Positions 46,602 through 55,669 of a stretch of DNA of 64,000 nucleotides are shown in pieces; position 1 is the first letter of the stretch; each line of letters opens with the position of its first letter. The position numbers and the translations under genes were made by a program. The notes under the pieces were generated by a model. The model had not been told where the DNA came from and ran no database searches. It worked only from the letters and a program-made list of their open reading frames with translations. The DNA lies in contig JBBDYJ010000029.1 in assembly GCA_040901675.1 (NCBI GenBank), forward strand, positions 51,929 through 115,928, in the 5' to 3' direction. The stretch is from Pirellulales bacterium. Its GTDB lineage: Bacteria; Planctomycetota; Planctomycetia; Pirellulales; JAICIG01.

Positions 46602-47504
46602 TTAGGATTCGCTCGGCGCATAGAACCGCACCGGCAACTTGATTATGCCGTCGCGCAAGGCCGCGAACAAAGCCGCCGCGATCAGGTCGGCCGACGTGCC
46701 CGGATTCCGGCGATGGTGGTCCGAGCGCAGCCAAAAGTCGAAATCCGAGAGCGCCTGTTCGTATGCCTCGCCGCCGGGCTCGCCTGCCGCCAGCACGCCC
46801 GCGGCCAGGGCGGCCGATTGTTCGGCGACGGCCGGCCCGCATTTGCGGGCGATCAACGTGTCGGGCAGCCGGCTCATCAGCCTCAATTGCGCCCGGACGA
46901 TTGCGGCCGCCAGCGGCCAGCGCCCGGCGCCGTCGGCCAGCCAGGGGACCAGCAGCCCCAGCACCTCGGCGAAACCGTTGGCGTATTGCCGGGCGACCAG
47001 GTCGCGGTCCTTGGCTGATTCCATCGCGGCCAGCAGGTCGTCCGGCGGCCGACCGGCCACGTCGTGCTCCGCGACGCGGCCCAGCCCGCCCGGGCGGGCC
47101 AGCCGGATCGCCTCGTAGACCAGCCGCGCGTCGTTGGCGTCGAGGTCGCCCAGGAAGGCAGCTACCCCCGTCTTCAGCGGCCGATCTCGCGGCACCATGG
47201 CCAACGGCGCCATGAGCAGGATGGTGCCCAGGTTGCTGTTGGTGTCGACCGCGAGCCGAGTCGCCTTCACGGCCGCCAGCACGGTTGGCCCCAACCGCGC
47301 GCCGGGTGCGGCGGCAGCTTCCAGCGGCGGCCCAATCATCACGGCGCTGGCGGCCAGGTCGAGGTACGTGAGATCCTCGAAATCGGCACCCCGGTGTACG
47401 TTGCCCGGCTTGGGAGCCGTCGCCTCCAACAGGCAGGCCAAACTGGCACACTGGCCGATCGACAGCCGGCTGTCGGCACCGTGCTCGGACTGCGGCGTGC
47501 TCAC
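46602..47504 (-). CDS. CitG / triphosphoribosyl-dephospho-CoA synthase family protein (Orf7-like)
   Basis: LEATAPKPGNVH, TNSNLG, DTLIARKCG, NPGTSADL; GTG start overlaps the upstream TGA. Confidence 0.88.
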   Translation of the reverse strand: MSTPQSEHGADSRLSIGQCASLACLLEATAPKPGNVHRGADFEDLTYLDLAASAVMIGPPLEAAAAPGARLGPTVLAAVKATRLAVDTNSNLGTILLMAPLAMVPRDRPLKTGVAAFLGDLDANDARLVYEAIRLARPGGLGRVAEHDVAGRPPDDLLAAMESAKDRDLVARQYANGFAEVLGLLVPWLADGAGRWPLAAAIVRAQLRLMSRLPDTLIARKCGPAVAEQSAALAAGVLAAGEPGGEAYEQALSDFDFWLRSDHHRRNPGTSADLIAAALFAALRDGIIKLPVRFYAPSES

Positions 47505-48460
47505 GGCCCTGTACTCGGCAAGTGCGAATGGTCGGGCGGCCCATGCGCCGCCGGCACCCGGCTGGCCGGCTGGCCGCGGCCGAGCGGGTTGCGGTTCAAA
47601 AAGTCCTGGACCAGCCCAACGATCTCTTCGTGCGCGTCCTCGACCACGTAGTGTCCCGCCTGGGCCAGGCGGTGGACCTCCGCGGAGGGAAAAAACTCCA
47701 GAAACCGTTCCAAGAAATGCGGCGTGAAGCACCAGTCGCGCATCCCCCAAATCAGCATCGCCGGTTTGTCGCCGAGCCGTTCGAGCCCCGACTCGATGGC
47801 CGCCAGCGTGCTGTAGCTGGGGTGTCTGCTGGAAAGAGGAATGTCCAGCACGAAGCGGTGGATTGCGATCCGGTTCGACCAGCAGTCGTACGGGGCCAGC
47901 AGACCGGCGCGGACCATCGGCGTCATCCGCTCCCGGCGGGACGTGGCCATCCACAGGGCTGCCCTGGCAAAAGCGTTGAGGCCTTGCACGGCCAGCCGGC
48001 CCAACAGCGGCGTCCGGCAGATGCGAATCCGCAACGGCATCCGCCGCGAACGGAAGGCCGCCGTGTTGAACAGCACCAGCCGGGAGAAGCGCTCCGGCTC
48101 GGCGACGGCGGCCCCCAGTCCAATGGCTCCGCCCCAGTCGTGGCCCGCGAGCGTGACGTGGCGGAGATCCAAGTGTGCGATGAGCTGGCGCAGGTTACCG
48201 ACATGGTTGGCCAGCCGGTACGGATAGTCGCCCGGCTTGTCCGACAGTCCGCAGCCCATGTGATCGGGGACGATCAGCCGATAACGGGTCCGCAAGCCCT
48301 TGACCAGTTCCCGCCAGTAGAACGACCAGGTAGGATTGCCGTGGACCAACAGCAGCGGCTCGCCGTGGCCTTCATCCAGGTAGTGGTAGCGGCGGCCGTC
48401 GATCGCCAGATAGTGCGATTCGAAGGGATACAAGGCTCGCCAGGGCTCGATTGCGGGCAT
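47501..48460 (-). CDS. Alpha/beta hydrolase, OleB / haloalkane dehalogenase-like
   Basis: LYPF, HGNPTWSFYWR, PDHMGCGLSDKP, HDWGG, WGMRDWCF, AGHYVVEDA. Confidence 0.88.
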   Translation of the reverse strand: MPAIEPWRALYPFESHYLAIDGRRYHYLDEGHGEPLLLVHGNPTWSFYWRELVKGLRTRYRLIVPDHMGCGLSDKPGDYPYRLANHVGNLRQLIAHLDLRHVTLAGHDWGGAIGLGAAVAEPERFSRLVLFNTAAFRSRRMPLRIRICRTPLLGRLAVQGLNAFARAALWMATSRRERMTPMVRAGLLAPYDCWSNRIAIHRFVLDIPLSSRHPSYSTLAAIESGLERLGDKPAMLIWGMRDWCFTPHFLERFLEFFPSAEVHRLAQAGHYVVEDAHEEIVGLVQDFLNRNPLGRGQPASRVPAAHGPPDHSHLPSTGP

Positions 48461-48705
48461 GATCCTCGTCAAAGCGGCCGAGAGGGCCCGAACTGCGGAA
48501 TGCGGATAAAGGCCCGCGACCGCTCGTTTTTCGTTAAAATAGAGACGTTTAGGGCCATATATGCTAATTGTGTCCTTTCCGCAAGTATTCCGGGGCTTAA
48601 GATTGTACAGGCCCAGAGTAGGGTAGAAGGCGGCTGGGTGCGCCAGGTCCCGGCGCGCCGGGATGTCCCAATCAAATTCTGAGAAGTTTTGCAAGGAATG
48701 CGGAA

Positions 48706-50874
48706 GTGGCTGAGCAGGTTTTTCTTTCGGAGCATTTCATCAACCGCGAGTTGAGCTGGCTGGAGTTCAACGCGCGCGTGCTGGAAGAAGCCCAGGATGC
48801 CACGAACCCCCTGTTCGAGCGGCTGAAGTTCTTATCGATCTTCAGCTCGAACCTGGACGAATTTTTCATGGTTCGGGTGGCGGGCCTGCGCGAACAGGCG
48901 TTTGGCGACGGCGCGCCGGAGGACTATGCGCCAGACGGCCTGCGCCCCATCGCCCAATTGCAGCGGATTGCCGCCCGCACGCAGGAGTTGGTGGCCGCCG
49001 AGTACCGCTGCTGGAACGAGCTGGTGCTGCCCCAGTTGGCCGAGCAGAAGATCCGCCTACTGAGTCACGACCAGCTCAACGCCGAGCAGCGCGCGATCCT
49101 GGACCGCTTTTTTTCGGAGCGGGCTTTCCCGATCCTTACGCCGATGGCGGTCGACCCGGCCCACCCCAGCCCCCGTTACCACAATCGGGGCTTGTATCTG
49201 GCCACGTTGCTGCACCGGCACAGCGGGCTGGGGCCAAAGCACTTGTTCGCGGTGGTGCAGTTGCCGCTAGTGCTGCCTCGGCTGGTTCCACTCGGCCAGG
49301 GCGACGAGCATCAATACATCCTGCTGGAGGACGCGGTCTCGGCCCGGCTGCCGGAGTTGTTTGGCGGCTTCGAGGTGGAGTGCGGCACGACGTTTCGCAT
49401 CACGCGCGACAGCGACATCGAGCTGTTGGAGCAGGAGTCCGACGACATGCTGCGGCTGGTCGAGGACCGGCTTAAGGCGCGGCAGCGCGGGCAGGCCGTC
49501 CGGCTCGAAGTGGCCGCCTCCGGCGACGAAGAGCTGATCCGGATGATCGTCGAGGCGGAGGAAATCCACGTGGCGGTGGAAGGCTCGCCCGATTCGTACA
49601 GCGAGATCTACCGGATCCCAGGGCCGTTGGACCTGACCGGCATGATCGAGCTGATGCGCGGTTCGGGCCGGGAACACCTGCGCGATCCACCGTTCACGCC
49701 CCGCCTGCCTCGCGGCCGCCGGCAGCGCGGCGGCGAAGAGCTGTTCAGCACGATCCGCCGCGGCGACATCCTGCTGCACCATCCGTACGACTCGTTCGAG
49801 CCGGTGGTCGAGTTCGTCAGCCGGGCCGCCAAAGACCCCAACGTGCTGGCCATCAAGCAAACGCTCTACCGCACCAGCGGCGATTCGCCCGTCACGCGGG
49901 CCTTGATGCAGGCGGCCGAGAACGGCAAGCACGTGACGGCCCTGGTCGAGTTGAAGGCCCGTTTCGACGAGGAGGCCAACGTGAGTTGGGCCCGCCAGCT
50001 CGAACGCGCCGGCGTCCACGTGGTGTTCGGCTTCCTGGACCTCAAGACGCACTGCAAGCTGTCGCTGATCGTGCGGCAGGAAGGCGGCGTGGTGCGGCGC
50101 TATGTCCACCTGGGAACCGGCAACTACAATCCCACCACCGCCCTGGTCTATACCGACCTGGGACTGTTCACGGCCAACGAAGACATCGCGGCCGACGCCT
50201 CGGCCCTGTTCAACCTGCTGACCGGCTACTCGCAGGGACATGCCTGGCGGAAACTGGTGGTGGCGCCGGCCGACTTGCACCGGCGGACGATTGAACTCAT
50301 CGACGAACAGGCCCACCGTGCCCAGGAAGGGCGTCCTTCGCGGATTTTCGCCAAGATCAATTCGCTGGTCGACTACCGGGTGATCGAGGCCCTGTATCGC
50401 GCCAGCCAGGCGGGGGTGCCGATCGACTTGTTGATTCGTGGCATCTGCTGCCTCCGCCCCGGCATGCCGGGCATTTCGGAGAACATCCGGGTGCGCAGCA
50501 TCGTCGACCGCTTTCTGGAGCACAGCCGGATCCTGGTGTTCAGCCCCGACGAGGAGGCCCAGATCTACCTGGGCAGCGCCGACTGGATGCCCCGCAATTT
50601 CTACCGGCGGGTCGAGGTGATGTTCCCGATCGAGGCCCCCGAGCTGAAGGAGCGGATCCTCAAGGAGATCGTGCCCGCGTATCTGCGCGACAACGTCAAG
50701 AGCCGCATTTTGCAGCCCGACGGCAGCCATTACCGGCTGCAGCCCTCCGACGGCGACGCCCGCTACCGCTGCCAGGAGGAGCTGCTGGGCATCCGGCCGA
50801 CTACGAGCACTGCGGAGCCGGAGTTGTCGGGCAATGGCGAGCTGGCCGTGGAGCAGGCGGTCCAGCAGGTATGA
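48706..50874 (+). CDS. ppk1: Polyphosphate kinase 1
   Basis: NRELSWLEFNARVL, SSNLDEFFMVRV, HHPYDSF, ELKARFDE, KTHCK, RFLEHSR, SADWMPRN. Confidence 0.97.
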   Translation: MAEQVFLSEHFINRELSWLEFNARVLEEAQDATNPLFERLKFLSIFSSNLDEFFMVRVAGLREQAFGDGAPEDYAPDGLRPIAQLQRIAARTQELVAAEYRCWNELVLPQLAEQKIRLLSHDQLNAEQRAILDRFFSERAFPILTPMAVDPAHPSPRYHNRGLYLATLLHRHSGLGPKHLFAVVQLPLVLPRLVPLGQGDEHQYILLEDAVSARLPELFGGFEVECGTTFRITRDSDIELLEQESDDMLRLVEDRLKARQRGQAVRLEVAASGDEELIRMIVEAEEIHVAVEGSPDSYSEIYRIPGPLDLTGMIELMRGSGREHLRDPPFTPRLPRGRRQRGGEELFSTIRRGDILLHHPYDSFEPVVEFVSRAAKDPNVLAIKQTLYRTSGDSPVTRALMQAAENGKHVTALVELKARFDEEANVSWARQLERAGVHVVFGFLDLKTHCKLSLIVRQEGGVVRRYVHLGTGNYNPTTALVYTDLGLFTANEDIAADASALFNLLTGYSQGHAWRKLVVAPADLHRRTIELIDEQAHRAQEGRPSRIFAKINSLVDYRVIEALYRASQAGVPIDLLIRGICCLRPGMPGISENIRVRSIVDRFLEHSRILVFSPDEEAQIYLGSADWMPRNFYRRVEVMFPIEAPELKERILKEIVPAYLRDNVKSRILQPDGSHYRLQPSDGDARYRCQEELLGIRPTTSTAEPELSGNGELAVEQAVQQV

Positions 50875-50911
50875 GCGGCCTCAGCGGGCTGAAGCTTTTT
50901 TGCGAGCGCCG

Positions 50912-52471
50912 TCAGTCCGCGCTGGCCCGCGCGACCATGCCGCGCCAGAACCTGGCGGCTTGTTCGTGCCACTCGCGTACCTGGCGAAGCTCGTCGGCAT
51001 CGTCGAGCTTGATCTGGCCGGCACGCTCGGCAGCCCAGTCCAGAAAAAACTGCGCCGATTGGCGGCTGATCCGCCGTGGCGTGTCGCCGATCTCGACGTA
51101 CCAGGGGCCGCTGGAGGCAAAGCGGTACGTCTCCTTCACGTCGGCCACGACGCGGACCAGAAACCAGCCGCTCTCGTCGAACTCTAGCGGCGGAAAGTGC
51201 CCGGTCTTGGCCAGTTGCTCGTAGGGCACGGTCATCGCCACCTTGCCGTCCTTGATCAGCTCGAAGTAGCCGATCGGATCGCGGGTCGTAAAGTTCAGCA
51301 TCACGTCGAGCGACAGCGTCTCGCCCGCGGCCGCCTTGAACACGTGCCCCGGATGCCGCCCATCGGCCAGCGGACGCATCAACGGGCCGTTGGTCACCAC
51401 GACGCGGCCCGCCTTGAACGCTTCCCACCACGCCTCGTAGCTGAACGCCTCGGGATCGACCCAGGCATAAACGCGGTTATAGCCCACCGGGTTGGGCGCC
51501 ATGCCCGATCCGCTGCCTGCGGAGGGACTGATCCGCAGGCCGCAGTTGAGCAGGTGGTAGTAAATCTCCTGCGACCACGGGCCGTCCGCGTTTTGCGGCT
51601 GGGCACGCGGGTTGCCGGATGCCTGGCCGGCGGGCCGCCGGCCGTGCTCCGGCTTCTCCATGCGGTCGCGGCAAAACCGGCTATGGGCCAAGGCGATCGA
51701 GTCGACCGCGCCGGCCGCCAGCCAGGCGGGCAGGTCCCAGGACGACGGGCGCTTGACGTCGATCCAGGCTGCCGGTTGTTTCCGGGCTTCGAGAAGGAAG
51801 CTCATCGGCGAAGGAAACTCTCCTTGCGCCCCCGCCACGTCCAGCGCCCGCTGCACGTTAAAAAACGAAACAGCGCCGGCTTGCCGCTCGTCCTGCCCTG
51901 CCGCGGCGTAATAGCGAGTGCCGTCGAACCGGGTGGGCTTGCGCACCGGCGCGGGGCGAGCGCTGCCTCGGGCCTTGCCCCGGTTCGACCAGGTGACGAT
52001 CTGTCCCAGGTGCAGATCCTCGGCCTGCATCAACAGCTCGACGTGCTCCAGCGGCCGGTGGACGTCGAGATCGGCCGACCACCAGCCTTCGGCCGCCATG
52101 TCGGCGGCCCGCTTCAGCTCGACCGTGTGTTCATCTTCTGCAGAGTTGTCAATCGTGAAGTGGCCGGTCTGCTCGACATACTCCGGCCCGCGCTCAATGA
52201 CAAACGTGTAGCCGCCCCGCGGCAGCTTCAGCTTCACCTGGCCCGGACAGACGAAATGGTCGTGCCAGAACGGCATTCGGGCCACTTTCTGCGGCCGGCC
52301 CTTGGCGTTTGAGAGGTGAATCCGGCAGGCGATGCGCTGCCTGGTTTGAGCATCGACGACGACCAGCGTCAGCTCGCCTCCGGCCGCCGCCGCCCGTCGG
52401 CTCGTGCCCGCCAACAGCCCCAGCCATAGCATGGAAAACGCCACAGCCGACAGAAAACGGGTGCAAACCAT
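50912..52471 (-). CDS. Secreted CehA/McbA-like (PHP-fold) metallohydrolase family protein
   Basis: Signal peptide, GPEY, GWWSADLDVHR, YYHLLNCG, NPVGYNRVY, GRVVVTNGP; several expected metal ligands look degenerate. Start uncertain. Confidence 0.7.
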   Translation of the reverse strand: MVCTRFLSAVAFSMLWLGLLAGTSRRAAAAGGELTLVVVDAQTRQRIACRIHLSNAKGRPQKVARMPFWHDHFVCPGQVKLKLPRGGYTFVIERGPEYVEQTGHFTIDNSAEDEHTVELKRAADMAAEGWWSADLDVHRPLEHVELLMQAEDLHLGQIVTWSNRGKARGSARPAPVRKPTRFDGTRYYAAAGQDERQAGAVSFFNVQRALDVAGAQGEFPSPMSFLLEARKQPAAWIDVKRPSSWDLPAWLAAGAVDSIALAHSRFCRDRMEKPEHGRRPAGQASGNPRAQPQNADGPWSQEIYYHLLNCGLRISPSAGSGSGMAPNPVGYNRVYAWVDPEAFSYEAWWEAFKAGRVVVTNGPLMRPLADGRHPGHVFKAAAGETLSLDVMLNFTTRDPIGYFELIKDGKVAMTVPYEQLAKTGHFPPLEFDESGWFLVRVVADVKETYRFASSGPWYVEIGDTPRRISRQSAQFFLDWAAERAGQIKLDDADELRQVREWHEQAARFWRGMVARASAD

Positions 52472-52623
52472 GAGATCAACCAACCGATTTGCTAGATCAC
52501 CAGCCCAATGCCCAAATCTAGCATAATCGCCGATGCGGCCTGGCGGCGCGCCAAGCGCGCCGTTTGCCGGGCGAATCCGGCCGCCTTGCTGCCTGGCCGG
52601 GCGCGGCCATAAAATGGCCTGCG

Positions 52624-53592
52624 ATGGCCGAGGACTACTACAAGACTTTGGGGGTGGCGCGCGACGCCTCGCAGGCCGACATCGACAAAGCCTACAGCAC
52701 GCTGGCGCGTAAGTTCCACCCCGACGTGAACCCCGACGACAAGACGGCCAAGAAGAAGTTCCAGGCGGTGCAGGCGGCCTACGACGTGCTGAAGGATCCC
52801 ATTAAGCGCGAGCTGTACGACCGCTACGGCAGCTCTTTCGAGAGTGCCGCGGGAGGCGCGCGGGGCGGCCCGGGAGCAGGGGCCGGTCGGGGGCGCGGCG
52901 CGGCGCCCGGCTTCGAGGACTTCGATTTTTCACAGTTCTTCGGCGAGCGTTACGGCGGCGATCCGGGAGACGCCGGGTTCGCCGACATCTTCAGCCAGTT
53001 CCGCCGGGCCCGCTCGGGTCCTCGGCGCGGGCGGGCCGGCGGCGCGCCGGGCGCCGACCTGGCCTACGAGCTGGAGATTCCCTTCAACATGGCCGTCAGC
53101 GGAGGCGAAGCGCAGCTTGCGGTGCCGCGTGCCGGGGGCAAGCGCGACACGCTGGCGGTTAAGATCCCGCCCGGCATCGACGACGGCAAAAAAATCCGCC
53201 TGCGGGGCCAAGGGCAGCCGGGCAACGACGGCGGCCCGGCGGGCGACATCCTGATTACGATTCGCGTCGGCGCGCACCCTCACTTCTCCCGCCGCGGCGA
53301 CGACCTGCACGTCAAGGTGCCGGTGACGCTCGCGGAGGCGGCCCTGGGCGCCAAGGTCGACGTGCCAACCCCCAACGGCACGGTGTCGCTGCGGGTGCCG
53401 CCGGGCACGTCCAGCGGCAAGCGGCTGCGGATCAAGGGGCATGGCGTAGCGGCCAAGGGCCGCGACGCCGGCGATCTGTTGGCGGAGATTCAGATCGTGC
53501 TGCCCTCCAGCCTCGACGAGCAGAGCCTGGAGTCGATCCGCCAGATCGAGTCGCGGCACCCGCTCAATCCACGCCGAGACCTGCGATGGTAG
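52624..53592 (+). CDS. DnaJ class B / CbpA-like co-chaperone
   Basis: DYYKTLGV, HPD motif, G/F-rich region, DnaJ_C; no zinc finger. Confidence 0.92.
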   Translation: MAEDYYKTLGVARDASQADIDKAYSTLARKFHPDVNPDDKTAKKKFQAVQAAYDVLKDPIKRELYDRYGSSFESAAGGARGGPGAGAGRGRGAAPGFEDFDFSQFFGERYGGDPGDAGFADIFSQFRRARSGPRRGRAGGAPGADLAYELEIPFNMAVSGGEAQLAVPRAGGKRDTLAVKIPPGIDDGKKIRLRGQGQPGNDGGPAGDILITIRVGAHPHFSRRGDDLHVKVPVTLAEAALGAKVDVPTPNGTVSLRVPPGTSSGKRLRIKGHGVAAKGRDAGDLLAEIQIVLPSSLDEQSLESIRQIESRHPLNPRRDLRW

Positions 53593-53954
53593 ACCACGAC
53601 TGGCTGTCCGGCGCGGCTCCGCCATCGCTGCCCAGCTTGCTTGCCGCGGCGATCGACCCTGCCACGCGGGCTAAGCTCATGATGGCCCTGCTGGGGCTGG
53701 TGATCCTCGGCATTGGATTGATGCTGTTGGCGATGGTAGGCGGTCGGATGGTTCGCCGTATGACCCGCGACTCGAAACCGCCCGGCGGCCAGATAGCCGA
53801 CCGCTGGTACCAGCCGAAGCGGGCCGGGGCGCGCGAGTTCACCTACGAGGACGACGATGAAGAGGAGGAGGAGGAGGAGGGCGAAGACGACTCCGACGGC
53901 GGGTATGATACAGACGATGGCATGGGAGGGGCGGACGACGACGACAACAGGTGA
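53586..53954 (+). CDS. Hypothetical single-TM protein with highly acidic C-terminal tail
   Basis: Overlaps the dnaJ stop; TM LMMALLGLVILGIGLMLLAMVGG; tail EDDDEEEEEEEGEDDSD... Confidence 0.7.
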   Translation: MVDHDWLSGAAPPSLPSLLAAAIDPATRAKLMMALLGLVILGIGLMLLAMVGGRMVRRMTRDSKPPGGQIADRWYQPKRAGAREFTYEDDDEEEEEEEGEDDSDGGYDTDDGMGGADDDDNR

Positions 53955-53957
53955 ATC

Positions 53958-54344
53958 TTGACGGCTGAACCTTCGCCGCCTCGCCAGGCCGCGGCCGACC
54001 GCGGCTTTGGCCAACAGTATCGGATCAGGCGAGCGGCCGATTTCGAGCGCGCCTATCGCCGGCGCCAAAGCGCCTCGGACCAGCGGTTGCTGGTGTTTGG
54101 CTGCGAGAACGGTTTGGGGCATCCGAGGCTTGGCCTGTCGGTATCGCGCAAGTTGGGTGGCGCCGTGCAGCGCAACCGCTGGAAGCGGCTCGTGCGGGAG
54201 GCCTTTCGGCTCTCGCGGCCTGAGCTTGGCGGCGGAATCGATCTGGTGGTGATACCGAGGCAGGGGGTCGAGCCTCGGCTGGAAGAGCTGGTCGAGTCAT
54301 TACCGAAGCTCGCCGGCCGGATCGCCCGCCGCCTGAAGCATTAA
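53958..54344 (+). CDS. rnpA: Ribonuclease P protein component
   Basis: [33 protein letters not shown] (RNR motif), DLVVI. Confidence 0.93.
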   Translation: MTAEPSPPRQAAADRGFGQQYRIRRAADFERAYRRRQSASDQRLLVFGCENGLGHPRLGLSVSRKLGGAVQRNRWKRLVREAFRLSRPELGGGIDLVVIPRQGVEPRLEELVESLPKLAGRIARRLKH

Positions 54345-54625
54345 TGGACCCCCGAAGCACATTTGAAAGTCGCAGAGCCGAGTTGGGCGGACTGAGAGCC
54401 GACGTGTTTCGCAACTTGCCCAGCCACGTGTTGATCGTTCTGGTGCGCCTGTATCAGTGTACCTTGAGTCCGTTCCTGGGCGGTCAGTGCCGGTTCGAGC
54501 CCAGTTGCAGCCACTATTTCATCGCTGCCGTCCAGAAGTACGGCGCTTGGCGCGGCGCCCTCAAGGGCCTTGCTCGCATCCTCCGCTGCCACCCCTTCCA
54601 TCCCGGCGGTTACGACCCGCCCTGA
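54344..54625 (+). CDS. yidD: Membrane protein insertion efficiency factor
   Basis: YQCTLSP...[10 protein letters not shown]...[12 protein letters not shown]. Confidence 0.93.
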   Translation: MDPRSTFESRRAELGGLRADVFRNLPSHVLIVLVRLYQCTLSPFLGGQCRFEPSCSHYFIAAVQKYGAWRGALKGLARILRCHPFHPGGYDPP

Positions 54626-54627
54626 GG

Positions 54628-54714
54628 AAGGCAGAAGGAGGAAGGAGGAAGGAGGAAGGAGGAATCGGACAACCGGCGCGGGTGCCTGGCGGCAAAGCGC
54701 TAAGCGTGCCCCAG
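54628..54714 (+). repeat. GAAGGAG heptamer array followed by a degenerate REP-like palindrome
   Basis: AAGGCA(GAAGGAG)4GAATC, then GGGTGCCTGGCGGCAAAGCGCTAAGCGTGCCCCAG at 54680-54714. Confidence 0.82.
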
Positions 54715-54772
54715 CCGTCCGTCTTCGCGGCATGGCTTATCGATGCGCTCGATGGTTCCCAATCCATCATTA

Positions 54773-55213
54773 TCACTGCTGGTTCGGAAGCGGCCTGGCC
54801 TGTGCCATCCGTCCCGACAGATCGAAGTAGAGCGCGTACTTGGTTCCGGGACCATCGTTCGGCAGAGGGCCGCCGGCACGTTCCTCGGCTTTCCGGAGGT
54901 CTTCCTCCGTAACGGTCCATCTGATGAGAATCCCAACGGCGTAGCTCTCGCGGCCGCGGAGATAGTCCTTTGCCCCCACTTGAACGCCCGCGATATGCGG
55001 AATCTTCGACTTGCTGACCGTGCCGCGGACAGCGACGAGCCGCCCTACGTGCTCATCCCGATCATCAGTTGCGGCGAGGACGGGAACCTCCATCCCCAGA
55101 GCGCGCGGCGCAAAGCTGTCTTGTTTTCCCTTGGGTGCCGACCCCGCCGGCGGTCCATACCAGGCCAGCAGGAGCACGCCGGACATCGCCGCGCCAAAAA
55201 AGAGTCGAGACAT
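54773..55213 (-). CDS. Hypothetical exported protein (possible OB-fold)
   Basis: Hydrophobic N-terminus; HVGRLVAVRGTV...AVGIL pattern; GAGG upstream. Confidence 0.55.
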   Translation of the reverse strand: MSRLFFGAAMSGVLLLAWYGPPAGSAPKGKQDSFAPRALGMEVPVLAATDDRDEHVGRLVAVRGTVSKSKIPHIAGVQVGAKDYLRGRESYAVGILIRWTVTEEDLRKAEERAGGPLPNDGPGTKYALYFDLSGRMAQARPLPNQQ

Positions 55214-55366
55214 CGATAGGCCTCTATAGTCGAAGTTGGTTGGCCGCCCCTTCGCTCGACACACTCGACACATTAGACGCCATCCAAACCTTATCGGTTC
55301 CCGTGCTTCTGCCGCGCGGCAGGTCCCCGCCCGCCTGTAATGTCTTGAGACTTGGCCAAATTTCTT

Positions 55367-55466
55367 TTCTCTCCGCGTCTCTGCGTCCTCCGCGGTTTGC
55401 TATTCCCCCGTCCGTAGGGTCGTAACCCTATCTGGTCTTTGTGTCCCTTGTGTCCTTTGTGGTTGA
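55367..55466 (-). repeat. Two nonamer-period short tandem repeats
   Basis: Minus strand AACCACAAAGGACACAAGGGACACAAAG and AACCGCGGAGGACGCAGAGACGCGGAGA share one pattern. Confidence 0.6.
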
Positions 55467-55669
55467 CCGTCGTCCGTCGCGTTCGTCGCTAGCACCCTCG
55501 ACCCCCGCCCAAAACGTCTTGACGCTGCCGGGGGGATTCACTACCTTCCCGCCGCGACACCTTTCCCCCTTTCAACGAACCATTGCGCGGTTGACCCAAC
55601 CGAGGCCAGGCCGGCACTGCGCGCAGCGGGCGACGCGGCCGGAAGGCAAGCACACGGAGCGCACAAGGC

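Noticed and set aside
47501..48460. Olefin biosynthesis (oleABCD) cluster
   Set aside because: Only the OleB-like hydrolase is here; oleA, oleC and oleD are not in the window.
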